Part shown: piece by piece, positions 14,141-27,250 of the stretch | Layout: each line of letters begins with the position of its first letter | How positions within the stretch are numbered: the stretch's first letter is position 1 | NCBI GenBank assembly: GCA_951406725.2 | Contig: OX597833.1 | Coordinates: 2,418,001 to 2,482,000 of the forward strand | Length of the DNA stretch: 64,000 nt | Source: Octopus vulgaris | Lineage: Eukaryota | Direction: 5' to 3' | The notes under the pieces: generated by a model | The model's input: the letters and a program-made list of their open reading frames with translations, nothing else | What the model was told of the DNA's origin: nothing | Databases searched by the model: none | Made by a program: the position numbers and the translations under genes

Positions 14141-14454
14141 TATAATTACAAGTTCGTTGTCCTATTCACTGTTAATTAACCGCTCCTCCAGCACACGCAT
14201 ACGCGCCCTTCATCGACTTCTAATCAAAACTTAATTAGTAAATAATAATTTAGTTCCATATTAAAAACTTTAGCTATTATACCATTTTATAGTTTCTCTT
14301 GCGTTTATGATTTTTTTTGTTTCGTAGCAATTAAAAGTTATGCTATATTTTTTTGTGTAATTAACCTTCCTCGATTTATAAATATTTCTTGTCATAATAA
14401 ACACATCCTCAGTTTGCACTTTTATACTTTCTCTTAATTATATTAAAGTTTATC

Positions 14455-14705
14455 TCCTTGGCGGCATTTCGTCGGTCTTTATGTTCTCAGCATCCACTTG
14501 GATCGATGTTGCCTGTCATCCTTTCAAGGTCGATAAAATATGTACCAGTGAGACACTGGGGTTCGATGTAATCGACTAGCCCCCTCCCACAACATTTCCG
14601 GCATTGTGCCTTTAACAGAAAGGATTATTATTATTATCATTGTTATTGTTAGTATTATTGTTGTTGTTGTTGTTGTTGTTATCATCATCATCATCATCAT
14701 CATCA

Positions 14706-14771
<66 letters not shown>

Positions 14772-15240
14772 ACCAACAAGGTGGCCAGCAAGCAGAAACG
14801 TTCGCACGCCAAACAAAATGCTTTACGGCATCCCTTCCAGCTTAAAATTCTGAGTTCAAATTCCGCCGAGCTCGATTTTGCATTCCATCCATTCTGGGTC
14901 GATAATAAAATGGTATGGATGAGTGCTGCAGTCGATGTCATCGACTTATTCGTTCACCAAAACATGAGGGGCCTTGTACCTATCGTAGAAAGAATCAATA
15001 ATTATATAAACACCATTTTCGAATCTGTAGTCGGCAGAATCGTCGTTTGACCGTCGGACTGAATGTGTAACGGCAATCGCTCTGTTTCTTTAGGATTCGA
15101 GTTCAAATCTCGCCGAGAACGACATTCATTAATATCCTTTCGAAGTTGTTAAAATAAGACTCTAAATATGTGTCAAAATCGATGATATCGCCTAAAACCC
15201 TCGCCTTTAAAATGGCTGACGTTGCGTGAAATTTTGAAAC
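14455..15240 (+). mobile_element. Cluster of three degraded SINE family B copies
   Basis: Family-B blocks (ctgagttcaaattccgccgag, tcatcctttc..ggtcgataaa) at about 14460-14625, 14780-15000 and 15030-15240, with an (ATT)n tail after the first. Confidence 0.65.
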
Positions 15241-15336
15241 GGATCATATTGCTTTGGTTTTGGATGTCGTTGCTACTTTGCTGTTTACGAACCGAAAAGC
15301 CCTGACCAGGTAAACACACAAATTAGTGTGTGTGTA

Positions 15337-15409
<73 letters not shown>

Positions 15410-15429
15410 GTATTTCGATATATATATGG

Positions 15430-15755
15430 GATGGAAGCACTCTGTCGGTTACGATGATGAGGGTTCCGGATGATCCGAATCAGCGGAACAGCCTGCTCGT
15501 GAAATTAACGTGTAAGTGGCCGAGCACTCCACACACACGTGCACCCTTAACGTAGTTCTCGGGGATATTCAGCGTGACACAGAGAGTGACAAGGCCGGCC
15601 CTTTGAAATACAGGTACAGAAACAGGAAGTAAGAGTGAGAGAAAGTTGTGGTGAAAGAGTACAGCAGGGATCACTACCATCCCCTGCCGGAGCCTCGTGG
15701 AGTTTTAGGAATTTTCGCTCAATAAACACTCACAACGCCCGGTCTGGGAATCGAA

Positions 15756-15760
<5 letters not shown>
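15430..15760 (-). mobile_element. SINE family C copy
   Basis: The minus strand begins at a B-box-like ttcgattcccagacc. The body is shared with 23021-23340 (cactc.gtcggttacga...ggaacagcctgctc...cccttaac). Confidence 0.7.
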
Positions 15761-15793
<33 letters not shown>

Positions 15794-16088
15794 AAGGTAT
15801 ATATATATCTTTCCTTGTAATAAAATATATTGAAATATGATGTCATCAGTTTGTGAAAACGCACACATATGCATAGAAGTAAACATATGTACATATCAAG
15901 AGACAAACACACATACATACATGCATGCATACATGTATACACATGAACAAACACATATACTACCATATATCCATATATGCGTATGACTGTCTGTGCATAT
16001 AGGCCTGTGTAGTTCAGTATATAAATATATACACTTCTATGAAAATGTATTGAGAAATAAATTTACTACTTTGCGAATAAATACATAC

Positions 16089-16148
<60 letters not shown>

Positions 16149-16449
16149 GCATACGAAATTGCGTCAGCGCGTACGCGAGAGTGTATGTGTAGGTGTTCGT
16201 GCGTCTACTGGGTTGTCTGGATGAAAGCTTTCATGTTTGCTGGTCGTAAAAATGAACTGACATCCTGTCCGCGAGGCTGCTATGATGTAAAATATAATTA
16301 GCATTAAAATGTCTTTGATATGTTTAAGATTAGCATCTAGACAGAGGTGTGTGCCGACATATTTATACTCTTTGCGAGTTCAGTACGTGGAAACACATGT
16401 TGAACGACGGCTTCTCGCTTATTTAATTGTGACGCTGTGTCTCGGCGTT

Positions 16450-16493
<44 letters not shown>

Positions 16494-16532
16494 CATATAT
16501 GTATATATGCATATATACATATATGTATATAT

Positions 16533-16589
<57 letters not shown>

Positions 16590-16954
16590 GCATATATATT
16601 ATATGTATATATATATACATATATATATATGTATATACATATATGATACATATATATATTTATATATAGATATACATATATAATATGTATTATATACATA
16701 TGCATATATAACATATATGTAAATATATATTATATATATACATATATAGTATATGTATATATGTATATATGTGTGTGTTTGTGGGTGTGTATTTAAATAT
16801 AGATATATACAAAAATTTATATTTATATACATAGTATAAATACATTTATATTTACAAATATATTTATTTATAAATATATTTATACACGTCTACATACAGT
16901 AACAACACCAGAATTTATACTTATATATTTTGCTATTATTCACATACGAACGTG

Positions 16955-17129
16955 TGCCTGGTTTGAGGCCCAACCTTCGAAGTTGTTTTACAGATCTTAG
17001 AAAAACTGAAGGACCTCTGCAATAAGTGTGTGAATCTGAGAATAGAAAATGTTGAATAAAATCATAATTTACTGATCCTCTTGTATTTTCTTTTACCCAA
17101 AAGCAGGAATTTTGCAGTGCCCCCTCGTA
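16955..17129 (+). mobile_element. mariner transposon 3' remnant
   Basis: Frameshifted WFEAQPSKLF../LEKLKDLCNKCVNLRIENVE* resembles the mariner transposase C-terminus. It ends in a TIR-like ttttgcagtgccccctcg followed by TA. Confidence 0.7.
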
Positions 17130-17205
17130 TATATAAGTATGTATATAGAATTTACATTCATACATAAAATTATGAAATTCCATGCTTTTCAAACCGTCGC
17201 TTATA

Positions 17206-17690
17206 GGAGCAGGCGTAGCTCTGTGGTAATAAGATTACTTCCCAACCGCATTGTACTGGGTTCAGGTCCCACTGCGTAGCAGCTTGGGCAATTGTTTCCA
17301 ATAATAGTTTCGAGCCGACCAAAGCCTTGTAAGTGGATTTGGTAGGCGGAAACTGAAAGAAGCCCGTCGTGCGTGTATGTATGTATGTATGTATGTATGT
17401 ATGTATGTATGTATGTATGTATGCATGTATGCATGTATGTATGTATGTATGTATGTATGTATGTATGCATGCGTGTGTTTTTGTATGTGTGTGTGTATCT
17501 TTATGTCCGTGTTTGGTCCCCGTCACATCTTGACAAGTGGTGCCGGTGCGTTTACGTTCCGGAAACTTAGCGGTTTGGCAAAAGAGCCTGATAGAAAACG
17601 TACCAGGCTTTTTAAAAAAATTATAATTACTGAAGTCGATCCATTCGACTAAAACTGCTTCAAGGTGATGCTCCAGCATGGCCGTAGTCT
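17206..17690 (+). mobile_element. SINE family A, near full length, with internal (ATGT)n
   Basis: Head ggagcaggcgtagctctgtggtaa...gggttcaggtccc and tail gctccagcatggccg. Confidence 0.85.
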
Positions 17691-18335
17691 AAGCAAACGC
17701 TAGAAGAACGATGTAAGTTATATTCATACACGCACAACGCATGCATTAAGGCTAGAACGCACAACACACAACACACACACACATACACAACAACGCCAAA
17801 GAAAAACGACCATTACGAACGAACATTTGACCCCTTAAAACACTCATTTGTTTTAATTTCGATGCAAAAAATATATTTTCTAATTATTTAATTTGAATCT
17901 GTGTATAAGGAAGAATAAGTAAACAAATCATTTTGGATTAGTTATGATTTATTACGAAGTTATTGATAGAAATTAGAGTTATTGATATTTAATGAGAGAA
18001 AATGGGGAAAACGCTATGAATGAAGAATTTCGGGTTAGAAATAAGTGACAGAGACCTAAGAGAACAGTGAATGCATATATTTTCGTTCAAATTTATATTT
18101 ACTAGACATCTCTGAATTAAGATATACGGGATAATATGTCAGGAGGTTAAATAACGAATTCATATCCACAATGAACCGATGCAGTCACAAACAGGGATAA
18201 ACACACCACACAAAAACATGTACCATCGTATGGAGATTGGTTGTTACTTCGCATGTCACAGTTTCCGCTACACCTATTTCCGCTCCGCCTTACTTCTGGT
18301 CATTTACATAAGGGATCAAGGTAACCAATATATAT

Positions 18336-18700
18336 ACTCTTTTACTCTTTTTTACTCTTTTACTTGTTTCAGTCATTTGACTGCGGCCATGCTGGAGCAC
18401 CGCCTTTAATCGAGCAACTCGACCCCGGGACTTATTCTTTTGTAAGCCCAGTATTTATTCTATCGGTTCTGCCGAACCGCTAAGTGACGGGGACGTAAAC
18501 ACACCAGCATCGGTTGTCAAACAATGCTAGGGGGACAGACACAGACACACAAACATACACGCACACATATATATATATACGTATATACGACGGGCTTCTT
18601 TCAGTTTCCGTCTACCAAATCCACTCACAAGGCATTGGTCGGCCCGGGGCTATAGCAGAAGACACTTGCCCAAGGTGCCACGCAGTGGGACTGAACCCGG
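18336..18700 (-). mobile_element. SINE family A copy
   Basis: Closely matches the other family A copies and has the (tactcttt)n tail. Confidence 0.9.
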
Positions 18701-19150
18701 TACATTGTTTCCACATTTTTTTCGTGTTGATAACCTTTCTTGTCTTTCTCTCGAGTTGAATAAGCGCTTAGACTCGAAATATTTGAAACGTTTGTATTTC
18801 TACCCACTGAGCGTCAGTTTAAGTAACTAACGTTCACCGTGTTCTCATTAATTTTGTCCTTGATTTTACACATGTATGAATACATACATACACATACACA
18901 CAGACATAAACACATACAAACGCACACACACTCACACGCACAAATATATCTATATACATATATACATACATAAATATATAAGTGCGTGTGTATATATATA
19001 TATATATATTTCTCTCTTTCTCTCTTTCTCTCTTTCTATATATATACGCATGCATACACATCTTAGTACATACATCCGTAAAAATGTATACTTGCATGTA
19101 GAAGGTACACACACATACACACACACATACATACATGTGTGTGTATATAT

Positions 19151-19219
<69 letters not shown>

Positions 19220-19232
19220 CATATATATATAT

Positions 19233-19620
19233 ACTCTTTTACCCTTTCACGTGTTTCAGTTATTTGACTGCGGTCATGCTGGAGCACCGCCTTTAGTCGA
19301 ACAAATCGATCCTTGGACTTATTCTTTGTAAGCCTAGTACTTATTCTATCGGACCCCTTTGCCGAACCGCTAAGTTATGAGGACGTAAACACACCACCAT
19401 CGGTTGTCAAGCGATGCTGCGGGGACAAACACATACACGCAAACATATATGTATATATACGAGTTTTTCTCAGTTTCTGTCTACCAAATTCATTCACAAG
19501 GCTTTGGTCAGCCCGAGGCTATAGTTGAAGTTACTTGCCCAAGCTGCCATGCAGTGGGACTGAACCCCAAATCATATGATTTGGAAGCAAGCTTCTTACC
19601 ACATAGCCATGCTTGCGCCT
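19233..19620 (-). mobile_element. SINE family A copy
   Basis: All family A blocks are present. Confidence 0.85.
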
Positions 19621-19639
19621 ATATATATATATATAGTGC

Positions 19640-19671
<32 letters not shown>

Positions 19672-19675
19672 TTGC

Positions 19676-19738
<63 letters not shown>

Positions 19739-21353
19739 TATTTCCATGCGTTAGTCTGTCTGATAACTGTGGCAGTGTTAGTGATAGTGAACAGTGGTCT
19801 GGCCGTCAACGTGAAAATGAACGGCTGTGGGCTGGTGATACTTTATAAGAGGGAAATAGTTGTATGGCCGTGGTGTCAATAATGACAAGGCAGGCAAGTG
19901 CACGGTGGCAGTATTATGAGCTAAATGTTGTAATCAGCGATTCATCTATAATGACAGGACGATAACGAACAAATTCATTTCGCTCTTTGTTTTATTTTCA
20001 GTCACAAATGGTATACATTAATGTATGTTTGCATAGTTGTATGTACTTATGTATTGTTCTTAATTTTCTTACATAACATAAACTTAATATTTGAAGTTTT
20101 AATTAACTTTTGCTTCTCTTTAGTGTAGTTCAAATGCATTCGTCGATCCAGCTGTTCATATCTTCTGATCTGAAAAGCTTTGTGTCCATAAAAGTATTAC
20201 TGGACACCCTTGAGCTTCGTTCAAAGTTTCAATGCGCTGAAGTGTGTAATATTTAATTAACCACGAGGAAACTAAGAAAGTGAACACACAAAGTTTCCAA
20301 CTACTTTGAAAATTTCAAAGAATTTTTAAAATTCTAAAGCACTTGCAAAATTTCAAAGTTCTATCTTCGTGAATAATAGAAATTACTGAGATACCTTTTA
20401 AGCCTAATTTCCACTTGAAACTGTCTTTTGTTCATCCTGAAATTCGAAGCATTGTATCAAGAAGGCCATGTCAACAATCTTAAGAAAGTGATTGTGGTTA
20501 ATACTGCGATCTGTTTAGTTTAACTTAGATAACTTAGATAAGTTTCAGCCAGTATAGATCCGGGCCCTGTCTAACTTAACAGCACCACCTGGTGAAGTCT
20601 TTTAGTCATATATGGGGCACCATGGCCCACTCTAGCTAAGAGTTCTTATTGTTGTTGGCATATCCGGATGTAAGAGGTTGGTCAAGGATATTTTGGAGAA
20701 ATTTGTCCAGGGAACTTTTGAATCTTATGGGACTTGTTTCCGTTTTGACATATTTTGGTATAATATTAAAGAGAGCTGAACCGGTTTAGGTGAAGTAATT
20801 GTGTCTTAATGTATCTTAATTGTGTCTTAATTGTAGTGGGCGGAAAGCACGGGAGCCAAGTCTTGGGGGAATTTTAAAATTGATGCCAGCATCATTCTGG
20901 GCGATATTGATGGAATATTTTCCACCGCGTGGTTAAAGTTTTGCACTAACAATCATCAGATCCCCCGTTCAATTCCCGGACTGGGCGGTGTGTAGTTCTT
21001 TTGAGCAAAACTACTTCATATCACATTGCTCTAGCGCTGAGTTGGGACCGACACTACGAAGAATAGAGTCAACTTTTCCTTTGGGTATTGTAAAAGGCAA
21101 CTAACCATTATTGAGGTATGATCTTCACTCCAGCGTCGTAAGAGCCTCAACAGCAACAACCTCTCAAACAGACCCATGGGTTGGCGGAATGTCGCTTCTG
21201 TGGTGCAGACGGGTCGTCCACCAGGAGTAGCAGAGAATCACTAAACAAAATTGTGGATGCAGCATATAAACGGCGCCCTTCGTAGTGAAACGGTTAAGAA
21301 GGGTAAAACCCCTGATTTAAACATAAAGATATATATATATATTCATTTATGTT

Positions 21354-21559
21354 TTTATTCTTTTACTTGTTTCAGTCAATTTTGACTGTGGCCATGCTGG
21401 AGCACCACCTATTAGACGAAGAAGTCAACCCCTGGACTTAATTCTTTGTAAGCCTGGAAACTTATTCTATGGGTGTCTTTTGCCGAAACGCTAGATTACG
21501 GGGACGTAAACACACCAGCGTCGGTTGTCAAGCAATTGTGGACGACAAAGACTGACACG

Positions 21560-21633
<74 letters not shown>

Positions 21634-21790
21634 GAAGGCTTCTTTCAGTTTCCGTCTACCAATTCCACTCAGAACGCTTTGGTCGACCCGAAGCTATAGA
21701 AGAAATTTGTTCAAGGTGCCCCACAGTGGGACTGAACCCTTAACCATGTGGTTGGGAAGCAAGCTTCTTAACCACACAGCCACGCCTGCG
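21354..21790 (-). mobile_element. SINE family A copy
   Basis: Family A blocks with internal (AC)n(TA)n. Confidence 0.85.
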
Positions 21791-21953
21791 TCTACTGTTC
21801 CGTGATGATAAGATCAACTAAAAGCGTACATCTGATGAGAGATAAATATTATTCAATAGACAGAAGGTGATATATATATTTCCATACACATATATGTATG
21901 TATATAAATATATATCACAAGCGAATCCATGGACAGTTGTGAGCAATCTGCTA

Positions 21954-22751
21954 TACTCTTTTACTCTTTTACTTGTTTCAGTCATTTGACTGCGGCCATG
22001 CTGGAGCACCGCCTTTAGTCGAGCAAATCGACCCCGGGACTTATTCTTTGTAAGCCCAGTACTTATTCTATCGGTCTCTTTTGCCGAACCGCTAAGTGAT
22101 GGGGACGTAAACACACCAGCATCGGTTGTTAAGCAATGCTAGTGGGACAAACACAGACATACACACACATACACACACACTTATATATATATACATATAT
22201 ACGACAGGCTTCTTTCAGTTTCGGTCTACCAAATCCACTCACAAGACATTGGTCGGCCCGGGGCTATAGCAGAAGACACTTGCCCAAGATGCCACGCAGT
22301 GGGACTGAACCCGGAACGATGTGGTTGGTTAGCAAGCTACTTACCACACAGCCACTCCTGCGTCTATGTATATATATATATACACACATATATACGACAG
22401 GCTTCTTTCAGTTTCCATCTACCAAATCCACTCACAAGACATTGGTCGGCCCGGGGCTATAGCAGAAGACACTTGCCCAAGATGCCACGCAGTGGGACTG
22501 AACCCGGAACGATGTGGTTGGTTAGCAAGCTACTTACCACACAGCCACTCCTGCGCCTATGTATATATATATATATACACATATATACGACAGGCTTCTT
22601 TCAGTTTCCATCTACCAAATCCACTCACAAGACATTGGTCGGCCCGGGGCTATAGCAGAAGACACTTGCCCAAGATGCCACGCAGTGGGACTGAACCCGG
22701 AACGATGTGGTTGGTTAGCAAGCTACTTACCACACAGCCACTCCTGCGCCT
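21954..22751 (-). mobile_element. SINE family A copy with a triplicated 193-bp head
   Basis: acgacaggcttctttcag recurs at 22201, 22394 and 22587. Confidence 0.92.
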
Positions 22752-23020
22752 ATCGTTATTTTATAAAAAATTTTAAAAAAAAGAAAACAGGGCGAAACTG
22801 ATTGAATTTACTCATAATAATGACCAACTCGTCATTCAGTCTTGCTAGTGAAATCGATCCTGAGAACTCATGACGGGCTGTCAACATTTATCCGTTTTCA
22901 TCCTTCCAGATTATAAATTGTAGATGACGCTTCTCACTAAACATTCCTCTTTTTTATGTGGATAGGTTCTTATTTTTTATTATCTCCCCTTTATCTTGTA
23001 ATATTATCGGTTATTTCTAT

Positions 23021-23340
23021 CACTCCGTCGGTTACGACAATGACGAGATTTCCAATGAGATCTGATCAACGGAACAGCCTGCTCCTGAGATTAACGTACA
23101 AGTGGCTGAGCACTCCACAGTCAGGTGTACCCTTAACTTAGTTTCTCAGGGAAACTCAGAGTGAAACAGAATGTGACAAAGCGGGCCCTTGAAATAAAGG
23201 TACTGCTCAGTTTTGCCAGTTGTGTGGATTGGAGCAACGTGGGGAAAAAATTAACTTGCTGAATGGCAAAACGCGCCGGCTGGGATCGTTCTCACGTACT
23301 TACAATCGGGAGACGAGTAGCCGAGCCACTGAGCCACGCA
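23021..23340 (-). mobile_element. SINE family C-related copy
   Basis: Body similar to 15430-15610, with a degraded tRNA-like head near 23280-23340. Confidence 0.6.
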
Positions 23341-23798
23341 CTTTCACATTATCGGTTAATACTATATCTGAGACGGCGGCGTATTAGATATAAAAGTCTT
23401 AATATAGCGACTTCTTTGTTTATATGTAATGTCTCCAATATCCAGGCGTGCGATATATTGCCGAAATACTTTTTTTCAGAAATCTAACCATTCCACACTT
23501 ATAAATTTCTTCACTCTCTCTATCTCTCTCTCTCTCTCAATCTCTCTCTCTATCTCTATCTATCTATCTATCTATCTCTCTCGCTCTGTGCAGCCTTCAA
23601 TCACTTCTCCATTCACCAATAGCTTGCTTTTTTACAACTTTACGTCACGTTCTGCTCGTCTGTTACAGCATTATTATCTTCCAGTTGAGATACCAGCACA
23701 CATAAATGTCAGGACTTAGTATATTGGTAATAAACAGATTATTTGGTCTGTGGGTTTTGAATTCCCTAACGCTTCTTCTTTTTTTTAATTAAATTATA

Positions 23799-23850
<52 letters not shown>

Positions 23851-23851
23851 C

Positions 23852-24177
23852 ATTTTCATTTTCAAATTTGCTTCCATTTCCTGCCAAGTGTCTTCCCGAC
23901 TCCTAGGGCAAAGAAACTCATAGTATACATTGGTAAGCCATTAAACCAAACTCAGTAGTTCGTTCATTTTTTTTTTTTTTTTTTTAATTTCAAATAAAAT
24001 ACATGAGCAGCAACAGTTCTCACTCGACAATGCTCTTCTCAATACGTGTGATGTACCAGTTAAGACAATCTTTTGCACTTCTTGCAGGGATGGTAAGCCA
24101 GGGATCATTCTCATATAACTTTCGGTTCCCTTCTTGATCATCCTAGTGCTCCTACGGTCACTGGTATTGTAACCGCC

Positions 24178-24267
<90 letters not shown>

Positions 24268-24865
24268 TCCTCGCCGAGTGTCTTCCTGAAACCTAGGGCA
24301 GAGAAACGCATTGTATACATTGGTAGGCCATTGAAATAAACGCACCAAATTGTCCATTTACAAAGTCATGTGAAACACAAAAAGGGGAAGAAAGATAGAG
24401 AGAAAAAATGAAAAATAAAAAACAAAATGTATACGAAGAAAAGAAAGGGGAAATTGGGAAAGAAATTATTATTATTATTTTTTTTTTCCTTCTTTCTTCA
24501 AATTCTCTTCCGTTTCTCGCCGAGTGTTTTCCGTACACCTAGGGCAGAGAAGCTCATTGTATGCATTCCCAGATTACACACGCAGATTCACAGGTAAAAT
24601 ATGTATTTAAAAAAATTAATAAATAAATAAATTCATGGATGGATGTTGTTTTCACAGCGATAGTGCTCTTCTCAGTACATGAGCCATTCCAGTTAATACG
24701 ATTTTTTGCACTTCCTTTAGGGATGGTAAGCCTGGTATCATTTTCAAATAGGTCCCAGTACCTTTTTTTATCATTCCTAGAGATCCTACAATCACTGGTT
24801 CTGTAGTCGCCTTGAGATGCCACATTTTTTCAATTTCTATTAGCAAGTCTTTATATTTACTGATC

Positions 24866-24866
<1 letters not shown>
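23852..24866 (-). mobile_element. Stack of three 3' fragments of an R4/Dong-like LINE separated by (TAA)n
   Basis: 23852-24178 encodes AVTIPVTVGALG/MIKKG...LQEVQKIVLTGTSHVLRRALS. 24266-24350 is 3'UTR only. 24490-24866 encodes ISKYKDLLIEIEKMWHLK...TAHV-like LRRALSL. All share the cctagggca.agaa 3'UTR block. Confidence 0.85.
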
Positions 24867-24929
<63 letters not shown>

Positions 24930-24958
24930 TATTATTATTATTATCATTATTATTATTA

Positions 24959-25083
<125 letters not shown>

Positions 25084-25099
25084 GTTGTTGTTTCAACAG

Positions 25100-25670
25100 A
25101 TGTGCTACAGAAGATGGAAAGCTCATCGTCCACCTATACACAGATCGTCCTCAGATGCGTTTCTTCATGGGTGGTGTCGTCCTGGCGACCGGCGTCATCC
25201 TGTTCTCGGTGCACAACCTGGTTGTTAAGGTGTCGCAATACAGAAAACCAACGCAACAAATTCACCACGTGACCATCACGTTGAGTCACGAGCCGGAAAC
25301 GGCGTCGAAAAACAGTTCGGAAGGTGTCTCGTCAACAGCGTTACCGACCAGCGGAGGTAGTTTATTGACGGAACATCAGGCAATCATGTCGAGCAACCCG
25401 GCCGACCTGAAAATCGGCGTGAGGACCTTTTGTAAGACATTTCCTTTCCACGTGATATTCGACCGTGACCTCCAGATTACTCAGCTCGGTAGTGCTCTCA
25501 TGAAAATGATTGCCCCTGAAATTGCGAGCAAGGGACTATTCTTTGGCACGTACTTTGAGTTGAAGCGACCACGAGTTCGAATGGACTACATGTCATTTCT
25601 TGCTCGGGTGAATTCCACTTTTGTCCTCAGCATAGCACAACTTTCCAGAGGAAGTGACGTCATCAATGAG
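25100..25670 (+). CDS. Internal exon of a soluble guanylate cyclase subunit (H-NOX C-terminal part, linker, start of HNOBA/PAS domain)
   Basis: Acceptor tttcaacAG at 25098-99 and donor GAG|GTAAGC at 25671. The exon is 571 nt, entering in phase 2 (the first A would complete the Arg of the conserved SFR-C) and leaving in phase 0. It translates as CATEDGKLIVHLYTDRPQMRFFMGGVV...IGVRTFCKTFPFHVIFDRDLQITQLGSAL...FELKRP...RVNSTFVL, which matches the sGC signature FCKxFPFHxxFDxDL..Q.G. I could not assign alpha versus beta, and found no other exon in the window. Confidence 0.92.
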
Positions 25671-25964
25671 GTAAGCAGATGCATCGATTTAGTCGTATTT
25701 TTTTTTAGTGATTATCTATAGTTTTTACTGTGTTTTTTTTCTTGTTTCACTCATTGAATTATTGGTCATGCTGGAGCACCGCCTTGAAACAATCAATCCG
25801 AGTACTTATTTTTTAGTCCGGTGCTTATTTTGTTGGTCTCTTTTGCAGAATCTACACCGGTTGTCAAGGGGTGCGGGGAACAAAACTACAGACACGTACT
25901 CGCGCGCGCACAGGCAAACACTCATACATAGCGTAATACGAAATTAAATAAATGACTAGTGAGA

Positions 25965-26019
25965 AGCTCTGACGAAGCTACGAGTACACTGCAGTTTATA
26001 GCAGAAACAACTATACGCT
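25965..26019 (+). ncRNA. Degenerate hammerhead motif
   Basis: agct-CTGACGA-a-gcta[18 nt]tagc-a-GAAA-caacta-TA-cgct. Helix III differs from the ACAGCTGT palindrome at 58270 by two G>A changes. Confidence 0.45.
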
Positions 26020-26197
26020 AATGAAGTTAATGGCATAATTTCTAATTCTCTTGTCATTTGTTTAATTCCTTATTAAGCTCTGTACTCGACTGTCGCTTTT
26101 TCCTAAAGCATATCTATATCGAGTTCTAACACCACATTATTAGGATCGCTGTTCCCAAGCAAAACATTAGCCCCCACCCCACCCACACACATATATG

Positions 26198-26264
<67 letters not shown>

Positions 26265-26265
26265 G

Positions 26266-26647
26266 CAAGGTGATTGAAAAGTAACTCACTATTTTAAAAT
26301 ATTTATTTATTAACTATAATTTTTAGAATAAATAAGTATGTGAAAAAAGCGTGTAGCATAAAGTTTTATTCAAAATTCGATATAGGCACCAGCATTCGTC
26401 ACCAGCTTCTCAAGCCGCCCGCTTGATTTCGTAAGGAACCCTTGTAGGATGGAAAACATAACTTCTTGTATTCGCCTTTCAAGTTCTTCCAAATTCGTTG
26501 GTTTGCTAGAGTAGACTTGCTCCTTTCACCAATTCCATAGAAAAAAGTCGCAAGGTGTTAAATCAGGGCTCCCGGCCGGCTAATCATGGGGACCACGACG
26601 GCCTAACCAGCTCTCAGGAGAATGGGCATTCAGCCATTCACGAACAA
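26266..26647 (-). mobile_element. Tc1/mariner-superfamily transposase C-terminal remnant plus TIR
   Basis: The minus strand reads VREWLNAHSPESWLGRRGPHD*PAGSPDLTPCDFFLW.../KEQVYSSKPTNLEELERRIQE...AGAYIEF*, matching the WPxxSPDLTPxDFFLWG motif. A TIR-like caaggtgattgaaaagtaactcac lies beside (TA)n. Confidence 0.85.
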
Positions 26648-27150
26648 CAAGCAAGCAAAGCAGTTAGTTGTACCTGGTGCTTTTCCCTCGAAGGTAAGAA
26701 GGCGAACCACGTAGCGATCAAGCGCATATGTATGAGAAGCGTGGGTGTAATATATAAGTTGTAGTCGGTGTTGTTACTTTTATGATAAAGATAATTGAAT
26801 CCAGGTAATTACGGTGTTAAAATATTTGTTTAGGTAATTGGAAGTCTCACTGTCTTATAATTCGTTCTTTACGATTTAAATCGAAAATTATTAATGTTTA
26901 ATTATGTTATTAAAGTATGTGTGTGTATCTCTGTTTCTGTGTGTGTGTCTGAGTGTCTGCGTGTATGTGCAGGCGTGCGTGGGTGTGTTTGTGTACCTCG
27001 AGGTTTGCGTCTCAGTGTGTATCTTGAAGAGACAGCTGCGTGGTGAATCGGAATAAAATTTGTAAATGTTATCCTTTGAAATAGTGTAAATGTTTTCTTG
27101 AGTAGGTGCTAAGGCCAAGGCCTTTGTGATTGTGAATATGCGTACATATA

Positions 27151-27250
<100 letters not shown>

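Noticed and set aside
12839-14234. Long poly-His/Ser/Met/Asp ORFs (also 33619-34456, 35868-36494, 50674-51711 and the many YI/CV-repeat ORFs)
   Set aside because: These are translations of microsatellites. They are open in several frames on both strands and have no domain content or splice support.
18745-18812. Relic of the 12339/63272 hammerhead family (ctcgaaa...ctgagcgtc)
   Set aside because: The core and helices are too degraded to call.
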